A DNA stretch of 64,000 bases, taken from assembly GCA_964016885.1 (NCBI GenBank), contig OZ024743.1, positions 6,820,001-6,884,000 on the forward strand. The letters are read 5' to 3'. Below, piece after piece: positions 27,122 to 40,857 of the stretch. Source of the DNA: Eledone cirrhosa (Eukaryota). The number at the start of each line of letters is the position of its first letter. Position 1 is the stretch's first letter. A program made the position numbers and the translations under genes. Below the pieces are notes generated by a model. It was given only the letters and a program-made list of their open reading frames with translations, made no database searches and was not told the DNA's origin.

Positions 27122-28440
27122 AGTACTTCTCCTGTAGTTGCCTCAGTAGGAAGATGGCATCAGTAGTACCTCTCCCCAGCACAAAATTGAACTGCATCTC
27201 ATCAAATCTAATTCTTCTTCTAATTAATTGTACTATAACTCTTTATAACCTGGTCCAACAACTTGATGCCTTTGTAATTGCCTTCCTCTACTGCATTGCA
27301 TTTGCCTTTGAAGTAGCTAACAATGATGCTTGTCATTGTGTGTATGATGCCTTCCTGTAATACCTGATTAGCTATGGGAGTGACTAGCCAGATAATTTAG
27401 TCATCTCAGCAAATTTCCCTAATGGGGTGGTTACCTTAACCCTTTCAATACCATATTTCAAATGAACTACACAGTATTTGAATTATGTTAATGAAGAATT
27501 TGGATGAATTTACTCAGATTATTAATTATTTCATCAAGATGGTATTTGTAACATAACTTAACAAAAGATATATCTTTTAAAGGTTTTAACTTTAAAATGG
27601 GTGGTTTTGTTTCATAAAACTGAAGGCATTTTGGTGTGGAATAATCAAAAGTGGTAATGACCTTAATTGCACTAGCTACCATACTACTGTCAACAGTAGT
27701 GGCTAGTCCCTCTGTTGAGTCTACTTGGGGTAGGCCTTCACACACCTATGCATTCTCTTCATTTGGCAACCTTTCATAATAGCACTGCTATTCCCCTTTC
27801 TCTTCTGCATCAGTAAGAGTAAGTGTGCCACTGTCATTCCGTACACACCTCTATCCCATGACATCTTGGTTTTCTCTGGTACACTGCTTTGCAATTCAAC
27901 ACACCTCACACCTATGAGCCTTATGCAAAAATTCTTACTTCCTGTCTCCCCTCATGCTAAGTAAACCTGACATCTAACTTTTCTTCTAACTACTTGGCAT
28001 TGTTCCTTGCCTTCCACACTTTCAAAACCTGTCTTTTATCTCTTATCTATAGCCCTCAAAAGGTTGTCTTCGAGGAGTTTTCAGTTGCCCTCTGTGTTAT
28101 AAGGTTCTAAGTTATCCTTCGTGTCAAAGGCTTCAATTAGTATGTCTCAAAACCTACAGTTGTTTGATAGATCTTTAAACTTTCATATCCTCATTCTCCA
28201 AAACTGTCATGTATGTTCTATATACATCTAACTTTTACTCTAAAGTCACTAATCACTAAACTAAGTTGGATAGCACATTCTTTACCATGGAGAGACTTAG
28301 AATTTACCTTTCTATTTTCCTGGTAAGGATAAAGTCTATTTGGCTTGTGTGTTCACCTGGTTGATAGGTGATTAGATGGCTGGTCATTTTCCTGAAGCTA
28401 GTGTTGCAAACTCTTAAGTCATTTGCTTCACAGAACTTTG
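27120..28440 (-). mobile_element. Degraded RTE LINE fragments
   Basis: FCEANDLRVCNTSFRK..SQIDFIL endonuclease motif; RT start near 27120-27330. Confidence 0.7.
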
Positions 28441-30577
28441 CCAAAGCCATTTTCACTGTGGATTCTGTCTTCATGCTACCCAACAAGCACACAGAAACCT
28501 CTCTAGTGTTGGTGCCATGATAAAATGCACCTAATACATTCTGTAATACTAAACAGTGATTAGTGTTAGGAAGGGAATCCAGCTGTATGAGTTAGATGTG
28601 ATCCTCAGACCCATCTAGGAGTCCAAATAAGGACTCAGTCCATAACAAACCATCCAATCCATGCTAGTATAAAAAACAGACATAAAATGAAGCTGATAAT
28701 ATATATGTATGTGAGTGTGTTTATATATATATATGCTATACCACCATGGAAAATCAGATGTTAAATGCTGATGATGATGATGATATATGCATAGGGTAGC
28801 TTTATAAAATCTATAATAACTGTAATAAATGTTGAAGAATTTCAGAGAATAGCTTTTGTTTTCATACAAAAGGCAATCTGTATGATGCATATATAAGAAA
28901 TATAATGCTACACAGCTGTATGAAATAGGGATTGACTCTAGAGAACCTATAGAAACTAGAAAGATAAATAGATTTATCTTGATCTGTTGCATGTGTAATG
29001 TTAACCTGCATGAAAAGCAAAACACAGGCCAGCTGAGAGAGAGACTTAGCATTAAAAGTATCATCTGGTGTATCCAGAGTGAGTAACTCAAATAGTATGG
29101 TCATATATATATATAGATAAATAGTGTTGAGTTAAGAGTAGATGTTGGAAAAAGTGGTGAAGTCAGATTTCAAGATGATTAACCTTACAAGTGAGATCAC
29201 AAAAAACTCAGTTAAATGACAGCATTTTATTTGGCAGACCCAATAAATTCCTGCCAACATAGATAGACGAGATTGATCTTGTCCCAGTGATCATTTTTCA
29301 CTGTATTTAATTGTATTTTTACTTTAGTTTTTATGTCTTCCAAATATTGTAAGAAATTCAGTAAATTGTTGCCAAGGAATTTGACTGTTTCGTCTGTCAT
29401 ACATTCTGTTGGGTGTGAATTCATTTGCCTCTAATAGAGTGCTACCAATATAAGTATGACAACTAAACTATCTAAAATAGATATGCAATAATCACATAAC
29501 ATTCTGGGGTGCATTTAACTAAAAGTCATTCAACTCATAGACATGAATTCATTCAACAACTCACTACAACCACTTCCAGATACACTGTCTCTGTCTCAGT
29601 TCTATTACTAGTCTGGTCAAATAGATTCTCCTGCTAACCTGAAAACTGTATCTTACTTTGCCAAACAAATTCAATGCATCTGCCTCTCCTTTCATTATTC
29701 CTACTGCCCACTTACTGATCCCCACCACCATCCACCACCCTGTATTCAGTTCTTCCTCTACACAGCTTCAACCTTTCTGAAATGTTTTGCTAACCAAAGG
29801 TTTTTTCCCCAAACAGCAATGTGCAGAAATTCAAGGTGAACATCAGCTGTTCAGATCTCACCAGTGTATGTGTAGGCTTGATATTTTATCCAAAATAGAA
29901 ACTCAATGTGCTGATCTATGGTTCATTGAAACTCGGAGATAGCAAATGAAATGAGACATTTATGGATCTATCTCTTGAATATTTAGATTCCATTGTAAGA
30001 TATGTTAATTCCAACTACAGTTTTCTGAAGCATTCTTCTAATTCTTGATGGCAAAATGTAAAATCCTTCTAATCTGACTATAAATGTTGGTATTATATAT
30101 AAGTATGGCAAGCACAGCAATAAAGGAGGTAGATTTGAGCAACTGCTCTGTGCTCTAGTGAGCTTTGACTTATGTCCATCTTATAATGTAATTATATCTA
30201 CTACTACTTCTTATATAACCTGATGGCGGTGAGTTTTCTAGCTGTCTCCGATTTATTTACTACAATGTTTCCAAATGCCTCAAAAATATGTAATGAATTA
30301 TTTATAAAAAGAAAGCAAGTGGAAAAGATGCTGCTGGTTTAAATGTGATCAAGGTAAAAAATTTTACTCGTGAATAAATGTTTCAGTTATGAATTTAACA
30401 AAATTAAAAGAATTCACAATTTAATACATTTTTCCTAGCCATGTTAAACTTATTTTAATAATAATAATTTGCAGAACTGAGAACCTCTAGTAGTAAGTTA
30501 TACACTTTTGCTATATTAGGATTTTCTTTTGAATTTTTGTATTTATATATTTATAATAAATATATTTCAATTTACAG

Positions 30578-30826
30578 GATTCAGTGCCTTTATTGGTGGA
30601 TCTCATACTTGGTGACCATATCAAAGAAAATGCATTGCTAGCAACATTAAGAGCCCTTACCAACTTATCTACTACAGAGAAACACCATGGTCACTACACA
30701 CAATTAGTTGAACATCTTTATCAATTGATAGATGGTGACAATACAACTATCAAACTACAAGCATTGAAAGTGCTAGTCAATCTTTCCTGTAGCTCTGAAA
30801 TGGTTCGACACTTACTTGCAGCTAAG
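30578..30826 (+). CDS. ARMC10: ARMC10-like exon 4
   Basis: DSVPLLVDL...LRALTNLST...KLQALKVLVNLSCSSEMVRHLLAAK, typical of the Arm_2 region of ARMC10/ARMCX. Phase 0 at both ends. Confidence 0.88.
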
Positions 30827-31863
30827 GTATATATACACAACAGATTTATTTCTAAATTCTAATTACACTACTGATTAGTTTTAGTTTTGTCAGAGTCAGG
30901 GTAGTGGGTTAAAGCTACCTAATTAGTAGAGGTAGGTGAGTTATGAAGAAGGGTTAAGCTTGAAAAGTTATTTATTAACTCTTTCCCTCTTCTCTTGTTT
31001 CTTTTTGTTTTTTTGTTCCCTATATATATGTATATATATCGTATTAGCTGGCCTATTAGACACCCTTTCATATAAGATGCCCCCTGGCTTTGCAAGGACA
31101 TTTTGAGAAAAAAAAATGTTAATACATTTCTTCATATATTTATTTATTTTAAAATCTTGTCATTGTTTTTCGATATCATTTTGCTTATATAAATATTACT
31201 GTGTTAATAATAGGAACTAAATGTTTTAAACCCTGATTCTCCTCACCCTTTGTTTGGCCTCCCATCAGTGACACAGTTATATTAGACACAGAAAATTTGT
31301 TTTTGTGTGTCCAATATGTCAGCAAGTACGATATATATGGCAAGCAACCATGGAGAGGGCTTCTCATTCATTCATTATTAGATGAAAGAGGTGAATGGTG
31401 AGCAGAATAAATTCTACATACATGTGAACACTGTACTTTACAACAAAGTTTGAGAAACAAATAAAAAGTAGAATTTGAATGATTTGGAAAGAAATCAACA
31501 TTTTTGTAGATCTTAAGATTTGAAAAGTTTTAATATAAAAAAAGTATTTTACGATTGATATTTTATTTATGAAAGCAAGTAAAATTTGCTGTATATATTT
31601 TCTTTTTAAATAAATATTATCTTATAGTGCCTTTACAGGGTCACCTTTCAGCTTTCACAATCTCTCCCTTCTTCCATCCATGATTCATCTTTCTTCTTTG
31701 TAGCTTCTGGGAAATGTCATAAATTTTTCAGACAATATTTCTAGTATTTAGATGATTTACTTGATTTATTTTCCTTAAATGTCTATATTTTATAAGATTT
31801 TTTTAAGCTCTTTGTTTATGTGATACAAAATAATGGTATTTGTGTTTACTTTAATGTTTTTAG

Positions 31864-32151
31864 GCTCCACAATCCCTACTGGCTTTATTGCATCAAGATG
31901 TTGAAGAAGCAATTGTGTTACGATGGACAACTCTACTTGCTAACATTGTTCACACAGTTAAAGAATACAAAATAAAACAGTCATCTCTACCTTATACAGA
32001 CAAAGCTGCTTCTCCTGAGACAATGTATACAGCTCTTTATGGTGTCCAAATGATAAGAGATCTTAAATGCAAAGTTTTCTTACTAAGTAAACATAAGAAT
32101 GAAGATATACGTTACCAAGCTGCACGTATATACAGTGGATTGCTCAAATAA
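31864..32151 (+). CDS. ARMC10: ARMC10-like exon 5 (terminal, TAA stop); full CDS 1473 nt, 490 aa
   Basis: TAG acceptor, APQSLLALLHQDVEEAIVLRWTTLLANI...HKNEDIRYQAARIYSGLLK*. Confidence 0.85.
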   Translation, partial: APQSLLALLHQDVEEAIVLRWTTLLANIVHTVKEYKIKQSSLPYTDKAASPETMYTALYGVQMIRDLKCKVFLLSKHKNEDIRYQAARIYSGLLK

Positions 32152-33998
32152 AATCATTAAGGGTAAAATGATAGTTACTGTTTCGGAAATTTTGGAATCT
32201 CTTGATTAAAGTGTTTGAAGATGTGTTGTGGCCTGGAAATCTTATGATGTGTTTTTAATGAAAGCAAATATTTAAATTTTACTTTGGTTGAAACTAAAAA
32301 TTTTGATGAAAGTTATTTCAAAGGATTAAACATTTTCTGGTTTTAACAGTACTGTATAGATTATTTGTTTAAACTATTTAGAAGAAAAGAATTGTGATTT
32401 TTTTTTTTTTTTCGCATATAGTATTGCTTTTAAAAACAACTACAATATGTATTTACTAATAATGAACAATTATAATTACAGATACATTATGTTTATTTAA
32501 TTTCCTGGTTCTATCAAGTATTAAATATGTTGGTGGAAATATTCAACTGAAAAAAGAATTCTAAAGAGTTTGTTAAATTGTGATCATGACACACTGTGAA
32601 AATGATAGCAATATATAAAAAGTAGGGCGGTGGATTAGCAGTATCAGTAGAGCATCAGACAACATGCTTTGTGGCCCTTTGCGTGCTGAGTTCAAATTCT
32701 GCCATGATTAGCTTTACCTTTCATCCTTACAGGCTGGCTAAAATAAAGCATCAGTAATGCACTGAGGTCGATTTAATCAACTTTTCCCTCCCCACAAAAT
32801 TGTTGGCCTAAATCAGAAACCGCTATATAAAGAGTATTGAGTATGTTAAAGAGTGGGTAGTATATATGTGGCAAGTTTGAAAGAAGCTGAAACCATTATA
32901 GTAGCTAAAGAAAAAGCATTGTGGAGTATATGTGTGCCTTTGCAATGGGTTAGCAACACAGAAGAATTATGTATTCTTTTGCTCAAAAGAGTAAACAGTT
33001 TTGTTATGTTTTTTTCCTGGAATTTTGGTTGTTTGTGGAAAATGTTTTTAATGAATGTTTTGAATGAGATATACACAGCATAACTTAATATAAGTGTATG
33101 TATGCATGCATATATGCATATATATATATATATATGTGTATGTTTGTATGTATGTATGTTCCATGTTGATCACAGTTTGCATATATGTTGTTAAAATTTT
33201 GCAGAGGGGCACACCTTTCCAATGACAAAACTATAGGCTCTGTAATTTTCTCTGAAATTTGTTCTATTTTGCTCCAAGCTGAAAAACAGAATAATGCGTA
33301 CCACTAAGCACTGCAATAGATATTGTAAAAAGTTACTTGTCAGAAAAATAATCCATTTATAGTAATTACATAAATTAGTACATGTTGAAAAAAATCATGT
33401 TTTCCAGGAACATGAAAAAAAAATATAACAAAAATTTTATTTTAGGTTCTACATTTATTTTATTTTTATTTTTTATTTTTGGCACATTTTCATCTAAGTT
33501 ATCCAAATGGATAGCTTGGATGCAACTATTCTGAGTGAATTAACATCTCCACATAAAGTCTGAGGATTGTCAGCAAAGTAATTTATCCAAACTATAATGA
33601 ATTCATATGAATACATTTGTTTGGGGTAAATAAATCTTGGCATGGTTGGGTATGGCTGCGAGTATATGAGAATTCTTCTTTCTTTGATATTAACAAAATT
33701 GTTTCAGCATTTTCTTAGAATATTAACATAAAATAAATATAATTAACTGGAAAGTTTTTATCTTTGAATTTAAGAAACAAAAATGTTTTTAAAATCAAGT
33801 ATCCATTGATGAAATGCTATGTGTTGCAGTACTAAAATCTCTAGAGATCTGTCAAACTTTGGAAACTAAATACAACTGAGCTTTATAAAATCTTTAATTG
33901 TAAATAAAACGCAAAATATTTTGAACACAAAAGAATAATTTTAAAATCATTGCAATCATCATCATCACCATCACCACTATCATCATCATCATCATGTA

Positions 33999-34215
33999 TT
34001 AACCTTTTAGCATTTAAACCAGTCATATCTGGCCAGAATTCTCTCACCTCTTTCTGTTCAAACTGGCCACTCATACTGACGTTAAGGTATTGTTCTCAAA
34101 ATAAATAATATCAAAATCTTGTGGATTCGAAATTATGAGATAAATATGTGAGGTAAAGTCTTTACCACAAAAATACAATAGTATATATAAAGTAATGTAA
34201 ATGCTAAAGGGTTAA
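33999..34215. mobile_element. piggyBac-type MITE
   Basis: TTAA-CCTTTTAGCATTTA ... TAAATGCTAAAGGG-TTAA. Confidence 0.85.
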
Positions 34216-35176
34216 AAGCAGTGCATTCAGCATACATACAAATTCTACACAGCAACAGCTTATAAGAATTAGCTGCCCTTTCATTCAGCAATAGAATACA
34301 GGTACTCACATGCCATTAAGTTGAGAATGCTTTCTACTATATCAAAATTGGCTGACCTTATAACATTTTCACCTCAACCTACTTGATGCTTCCATTTCTA
34401 GTTAATTTCACCTCCCAACTTAGTACTTGGTCCAATCCTTCTCACCAGAACTGCTGCCCCATCAATATTTTTATTCATACAGCTATTCAAACTGGACATA
34501 ATACACAGTCTTCCCTAATTCTCTGTACCCTTCAAGTAAAGAAGGCCTAAAAATGGTGATTTGCACAAACACAGCTTCCTAAACTAATAAATTAAAAATA
34601 ATTCAGTATGATTTTCATTTATTATCATTTTTGCCTCTTTCATAGTGTAGGGCGTAGCTAAGGTTTTGTTTTCTTGTTGCTCATGTCACTCTGCTGCCTC
34701 TTTCAATAAGGTCTTGATGACCTTTTGTTGTAGATATACTACTGCAGATGTGCATGACCGAATGGTGAAGAAGTTCACTTCACAAACATTTGTTCCCGAA
34801 TTTGATCCCACTGCTTGGCATTTTGGGCAAGTGTCATTTACCATAGCCTTGAGTTGACTCATGCCTTGTGAATGAAACAGAGATCAGAGAGTTGCTACTT
34901 CTCTGAATTAAGAGATCACAGATCTGATACCATTGATATGTGATTAGAATGTCTAAGGAAAGAATCACTGAACAAATTTTACAGGCAAAACCATCCAGCA
35001 GGAGTAGACTACAAGCAAGATGGTTGGATAACATCTATGAGCTTGGTTGGGGATCCAGCTGGATCAATTGGAGATGGTTGCTTCTGATAGGAAAGAGAAG
35101 AACTCTCTTTTGATACCAGCCATTTTAAAGGGTTCCTATTTAAATTAAAATCTTTCAACATAATTTTGTATAAGAA

Positions 35177-36435
35177 CATCATCATCATCGTCGTTTTTAC
35201 ACCCGCTTTTCCATGCTTGCATGAGTTGGATGGATCCTTTTCAGCAGAGCATATCTCCACTTGTCGCATTTCTTCATCATCTCCTCTGCGAGTTTCAGCG
35301 ATTTGAGAGCAGCTTTCACCACCTCCACCCAGGTCTTTCTTTGTTTACCCCTACTGCCGCTTCCTTCTACTGGGATTTTCTGGCACTTTTTCACCCAGCA
35401 ATCATCCATGCACATCACATGTTCATACCAAAGTAGTCTTCTCTCTTGCACACCACTTCTGATTCCTCTTAAACCCAGTTTCTCTCTGTTCATCCATGCT
35501 CTGCCGTTCTCACACATTAACATTGCATATCCATCGAAGCATGGTTGATTCATTTCTCTCCAGCCTACACATGTCACTGCCCATGTTTCACTACCATGTT
35601 GCATCACACTTCACACATAGGCTTCATACAGCTGTCCTTACATTTGTAAGAAGAAATCTTTTATTGTCAAAGGGGAGTAGCTCTAAACTTCTTCCATCCT
35701 CTCCTTATTCTAGCTATTATGCTCTATGCTACCACTTCTATAGATCCTTCATATGACTGGAAAAGGTTTATATCACTGATGCTCTTCCTATCAATTAGCC
35801 ATGTGCATCTAGTACATATGAAGTCTTCCTGTTAATTTGCCTGCAGTACAAAGTAAATCTTGTGTACATCATATAGTGTTTCTGCATATCAAACAGGGCC
35901 ACTTCTCTATTGGGATCAGGGTCTTATCTTCTTTCCTATTTACTAGCACTATAGTTTTGGCTAAGTTTACTTTCAGACCTTTTGATTCCAAATTCTGTTT
36001 CAATAGTCGGAACTTATTCTCTAGTTCTTTTATAGATTCAGCTATAGCGACCAGATCATCTGCATAAAGAAGTTCCCACAGGCAATCATCTTAAACTCTG
36101 TTATGGCCTGGAGATATATGATGAATAGCAGTGGGCTAAAAACCGAACCCTGATGAACTTCTACCTGTACCTTGAATTCCTCACTAAACTCACTCCTACT
36201 CTCACTTTACTGACAGCTCCTCTATACATGGCTTGCATTGCTTTCACAAGCCATTCGTCTACATCTAATTTCCTTAAGGACCACCAAATGACAAATCAAG
36301 ATACTCTGTCAAAGGCCTTTTCTAGATCAAGAAAAGTTAAATATAGTGGTTTATTGTTGGCTAGGAACTTCTCTTGTAATTGTCTCACTAAGAGGGCATC
36401 TGTAGTATTTTTCCCAGGCACAAATCCTCTCATAG
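35177..36435 (-). mobile_element. Degraded RTE LINE (RT to 3' tail)
   Basis: GFVPGKNTTDAL..DLEKAFDRV, HGSETW, RRLLWY, RKTW; (GAT)n tail. Confidence 0.85.
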
Positions 36436-36674
36436 TAATATTTCCAGGCATCTTTCTTTTGAGCACCAATGGAGCTAAGTGCAAATTATAATAGTTTTTC
36501 AAAATTTGTCATTAATTAATTGAAATAGAGTGTATTTCATTAGAAACACGGGGAAAAAAAGTTAAAACTACTATAATGGAAAAGTAGCAACGAATATTAA
36601 AATAAAAAAACAGAAATGTAATGAAAAAAAATTCTGAAGTTAGATTAGGCATTTATTGAAAGAACCTTGAAATT

Positions 36675-37182
36675 TTATTCATTTTGTTTATTATATTCAA
36701 GTTGAAGTTCATTTAAATTTTGCTCCAACATTTCAACTTCATCAAACTTTTGGGCTTGTTTTGCTTGTTTAATATATCCACGAATTATTTCTATTTGCTG
36801 CAACATGGGATCATTTGTATTCTGTGAATAAGAAGAAATCTCTGATGGTTTCCAGCCTTTACCAATATTACCGTTAGTTTCAGTTCTGGAGTCATCCTCC
36901 TGAGATGGAGAAGGAAGTGGTCGATGCTGAGAATGAGAACTGCTTGATGAATCAATAGAAGTTCTTTGTTGTTCTTGTCGTTCCAGAGCTAATTTTTGTT
37001 GCATTTCTACAGCATGAGAGTCTTTCATCTTTTCGTATTCTTCTTGAGATGGAAGTTGTTGAATTCCACTCAAGTTCTCTTTCAAAAAGTTACTAGAAAA
37101 AGTACGTATTGCCCTTTGCAAGTATAGTTGCCTTACAGGTGGAGAAGTTTCATTGTTTAAACCCAGTGTCAAAATTTTTTTA
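36675..37182 (-). CDS. RBSN: Rabenosyn-5 coding exon 8 (terminal; Rab-binding helical hairpin); full CDS 1455 nt, 484 aa
   Basis: ORF 36675-37172. DPMLQQIEIIRGYIKQAKQAQKFDEVEMLEQNLNELQ is the Rbsn Rab-binding motif. Confidence 0.93.
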
Positions 37183-37783
37183 CTGTGAAGAAAAATAAAA
37201 TAGTTTGTAATTTCAACAATAAATCTTATACAGTTTGATTCCTATAACAATATTTCAATTGTATCAAATAAAAAAGAAGCTGATCATCAGATCAGACCAA
37301 GGAAATATTGTTTCCATTAGTCTTTTCATTGCTGATACTATCTGCTGGTTGCAACTCCTAAAAGAAGGAGATAGAATTTGAACCGAGAATGTGCAGATGC
37401 AGAATTTGAGCTCAGAATGTGTAGAAGCAGATCAGATATTGCAATGCATCATGTCTGACTCTTTAACAATTCTGCTAATCTACCACACCTGGACTGGTAC
37501 TTTAACCTTTGACCCTGAAAGGATGAAAGGCAAAGTCAACCTCAGCAGGATTTGAACTCAAAGCAGTGAGCTGGTACAAATACTGAGGTATTTAATCTGA
37601 CACTCTGACAACTGGCACTTAGAATCATATATATATAACAAAAAAACTGCAATTTAAAAACATTAAAGTGCACATGTTCTTTAACAGAAAACTTTTTTTT
37701 AATCTATCATCACAACCTCTCTCTTCGATGCAATGCATAATCTGAAAAACTACAAACTTCACTTAACGTAACATTTCATATAT

Positions 37784-38012
37784 TTAACCCTTTAGCATTT
37801 ACATTACTCTATATTTACTATCGCATTTTTACAGAAAAGGCTTTATCTTACATAATTACCTTACATAATATCAAATATACGAGATTTTGATATTATTTAT
37901 TTTGAGAACAATACCTTAATGTAGGTATGAGCAGCCAATTACAGCTGGTTTCAACAGAAAGAAGTGAAAGAGTTCTGGCTGGATACATCCGGTTTAAATG
38001 ATAAAGGGTTAA
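37784..38012. mobile_element. piggyBac-type MITE
   Basis: TTAA-CCCTTTAGCATTTA ... TAAATGATAAAGGG-TTAA. Confidence 0.85.
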
Positions 38013-38262
38013 TCAACTTTGTTCTTCTCCCAGCAAAAGTCCCAATACTTGACTGGTAGCTTATTTTATTGACCCCAGAAAGATGACAGGCTAATTTGAC
38101 CCCAGTAGGATTTGATTGCAGAATGTAAATAGCCAGAACAAATAGCACAATGGCATTTTATCCTATGCTTTACCAATTCTGCAAAACCACTGCCCTACTC
38201 TAAGATAAAATACAAATTAACAACAGAGCCAGTACTAAAAGTAATAAGTAAAATTATCATAC

Positions 38263-38349
38263 CTTATTATATCAATATATTCATAGAGTTTTAATAGTTG
38301 GCAACGCAACTGATTGGCTTCGTTTAAACTGTAAGTTGACTCACCATTA
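38263..38349 (-). CDS. RBSN: Rabenosyn-5 coding exon 7
   Basis: NGESTYSLNEANQLRCQLLKLYEYIDII; phase 2-2. Confidence 0.88.
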
Positions 38350-38446
38350 CTGAAAAGTATAAAAATAGATTTTAAGTTTATAAATATCATTAAAGCAGCT
38401 AATCTTTCAATTTTATTCTTATTATAATAGAATTTATTATATTTAC

Positions 38447-38517
38447 CTCAAAGACTCAACCATTGGTAAAAATCTGGGAAGTTGTTGTTCTGCTTCTTCA
38501 ATACAAGTCCTTAGTTT
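38447..38517 (-). CDS. RBSN: Rabenosyn-5 coding exon 6
   Basis: KLRTCIEEAEQQLPRFLPMVESL; phase 0-2. Confidence 0.88.
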
Positions 38518-38718
38518 CTATTATGGAAAAATATCAAGGAGATAAAAAAATTTCCATGAAAAATATGCAACCTAAACTGAAATAAATACATAAAGCCTCT
38601 CATCCCCACAAGAAATTCAGTAACATTAATTGTAATATGCATAATATTTCTATATAATGGATTACACTGGTTATAGAAAATATTGAAACTAAATTAGAGT
38701 TATCTTATACAAACATTA

Positions 38719-38907
38719 TTAACCCTTTAGCATTTAAACCAGCCAGAATTTTCTCTCCTCATTCTGTTCAAAGTGACTGTAACCGACCACTCATACTGAT
38801 GTTAAGGTATTCTTCTCAAAATAATAATGTCAAAATCTCGTAGATACGATATTATATTATGAAAATACAATAGTATATATAGAGTATTGTATATGCTAAA
38901 GGGTTAA
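38719..38907. mobile_element. piggyBac-type MITE
   Basis: TTAA-CCCTTTAGCAT ... ATGCTAAAGGG-TTAA. Confidence 0.85.
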
Positions 38908-38956
38908 GGGTTATATAGAAACATTTTAAACATTATTAGTTTTAATAGAATTTTAC

Positions 38957-39162
38957 TTCATATAGTTGGACAATGACGGGCTTTAAATTTCTTTGTTCAA
39001 CCAAGTTATCACGTCTTTCCAGAAGCCGTCGACAATCAAGACAAGTACGGATGTGTTGTTCACCATCAGCACTAAACATGGAATTGAGACTTGTATCACT
39101 TCCAGAGCGCTTTAAAAATCCACTTTCTTTGTGAAAGTTAAAAGCAGGATCTGTTAATTTTT
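38957..39162 (-). CDS. RBSN: Rabenosyn-5 coding exon 5 (FYVE insertion and final CxxC)
   Basis: KLTDPAF...EQHIRTCLDCRRLLERRD...PVIVQLYE; canonical splice sites. Confidence 0.92.
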
Positions 39163-39503
39163 CTGAAAAATGGAAATGGTTTGAATATTACAAAATAATA
39201 CAAAATAAAACAAGTTTAATAAACAAGACATATATAAAAAATTATTGAAAAAGCAAACATTTTTTCTTTTAAAACCTTTTTTCATAAACATAACAAAATT
39301 GAATTATTCATAAACAAGTTACAATTCTTTTGAGTTGTTTATAAAATATTTATAAAGTGTGGATTATTGACAATGAATTCTTTATTTGTAATATAATTAA
39401 ACAGTCATTAAACATATAACATCAATATACAAATGTGCAAGCATACACATATAAATATAGATATGTCTATATCACTAAATAAATACCATAAACCAGTACA
39501 TAC

Positions 39504-39665
39504 TTGCAAATGAAAATGACATAAAATGAGAGCATCTATCACAGACAATTCCTCCACATAATCGACAATGGTGTCGGCGACGGGTGACCATAAATGTTCT
39601 AGCACAGGAAGGACACATGGGCACATCTGCATCATTTACCCAAGGAACCACAGTTTTTTCAAATA
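39504..39665 (-). CDS. RBSN: Rabenosyn-5 coding exon 4 (FYVE domain)
   Basis: EKTVVPWVNDADVPMCPSCARTFMVTRRRHHCRLCGGIVCDRCS contains the WxxD and RRHHCR FYVE motifs. Confidence 0.96.
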
Positions 39666-40252
39666 CTGAAAAAAACAAAAAGATTATATATTTTAGTATT
39701 TACAATCTAAAAAGTAATACTAAACAAAACTAATAAGAAAATATTTACATTGTAACAGTTCCAGAAAATACAAATATCCGTAATGGAAACATGTTGCCAC
39801 GATGAAATGCACCTAGTACACTCTGTAAAGTGGCAATGCTGGTGCTATGATAGAATGAATCCAGTACATTCTGTAAGGTGGTGGTGCTGGTGCCATAAGA
39901 ATGCACCCAGTACACTCATGTAAAGTGGTAGGTGTCAGGAAAAGCATGCAGCTGTAGAAACTATGCCAAAAGTGGAATGTATGAGCAAGATATGTTTTTT
40001 TAACTTGTCTCGTCTTGGACTGTAATGACCCATCCAACCTTTGACAGCATTGAAAAACAGACATATGATGATGATTATATATATATATATATATATATAT
40101 AGTTATCGTCATATGTCAGAAAGTCCTATACAAACGAGACACGGTTACCCAACCAAACTTGCCTCAAATGGGACAAACCCGTCTAACCCATGCTAGCATG
40201 AAAGATAGACATTAAATGATGATAATGATGATGATATATATATATATATAGA

Positions 40253-40316
40253 CAGTGTGTCCACAAAGTCACTAGACAATTTTATATATATATTTAGTGA
40301 CTTTTGGGACACACTG
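40253..40316. mobile_element. Collapsed 64 bp Tc1/mariner-type MITE (essentially TIRs only)
   Basis: CAGTGTGTCCACAAAGTCACTA / TAGTGACTTTTGGGACACACTG, 22 bp inverted repeat with 2 mismatches, inside (TA)n. Confidence 0.7.
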
Positions 40317-40340
40317 TATATATATATATATATATATATA

Positions 40341-40802
40341 TAAGATCAAAATACTTGAGTGTGTTAGAGTTAAACACACTCGTCGTATTGGAGAAATGAC
40401 AGTATAAGATATAGCTCAATGTAATCCAACAGAGCTGAAAAATTATAAAAAAATAAACAAAGAAGCCTTCAATACATCAAAAATCTTTATTAGCCGACAA
40501 TGTTTCGTCCCATTAATAAGAACTCATCAGGGCAAGCAAAGAGACAAGAAGCATTAATGGCCAAAACAAGCCAAAACTCAGAAGAACAGGGAATTTATAT
40601 CTATGAAAACTTAGGAAAGACATCATGGAAAGACATGCTAAAGTTAAAAGTGAGCATTTGCAAATATAGACTATAGGGCTAGAGAGCAAGTAATATGTCA
40701 AACCCATGTTGAAAGAACAATATAAGACAAATACATGAAATACAACATGGTAATACAATATGAGAATTATAATATGATATAGAAAACTATAATGGATAAT
40801 AA
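40341..40802. repeat. PLE pseudo-LTR, direct repeat of 45979-46441 (~460 bp)
   Basis: Both begin taagatcaaaatacttgagtgtg and end aatggataataa, with only a handful of differences. Confidence 0.95.
40485..40541 (-). ncRNA. Type I hammerhead ribozyme motif, copy 1 (3' pseudo-LTR)
   Basis: Exact reverse complement of 48340-48396; predicted cut after 40496. Confidence 0.88.
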
Positions 40803-40820
40803 GAAATAAAAAGCTTAATA

Positions 40821-40857
<37 letters not shown>

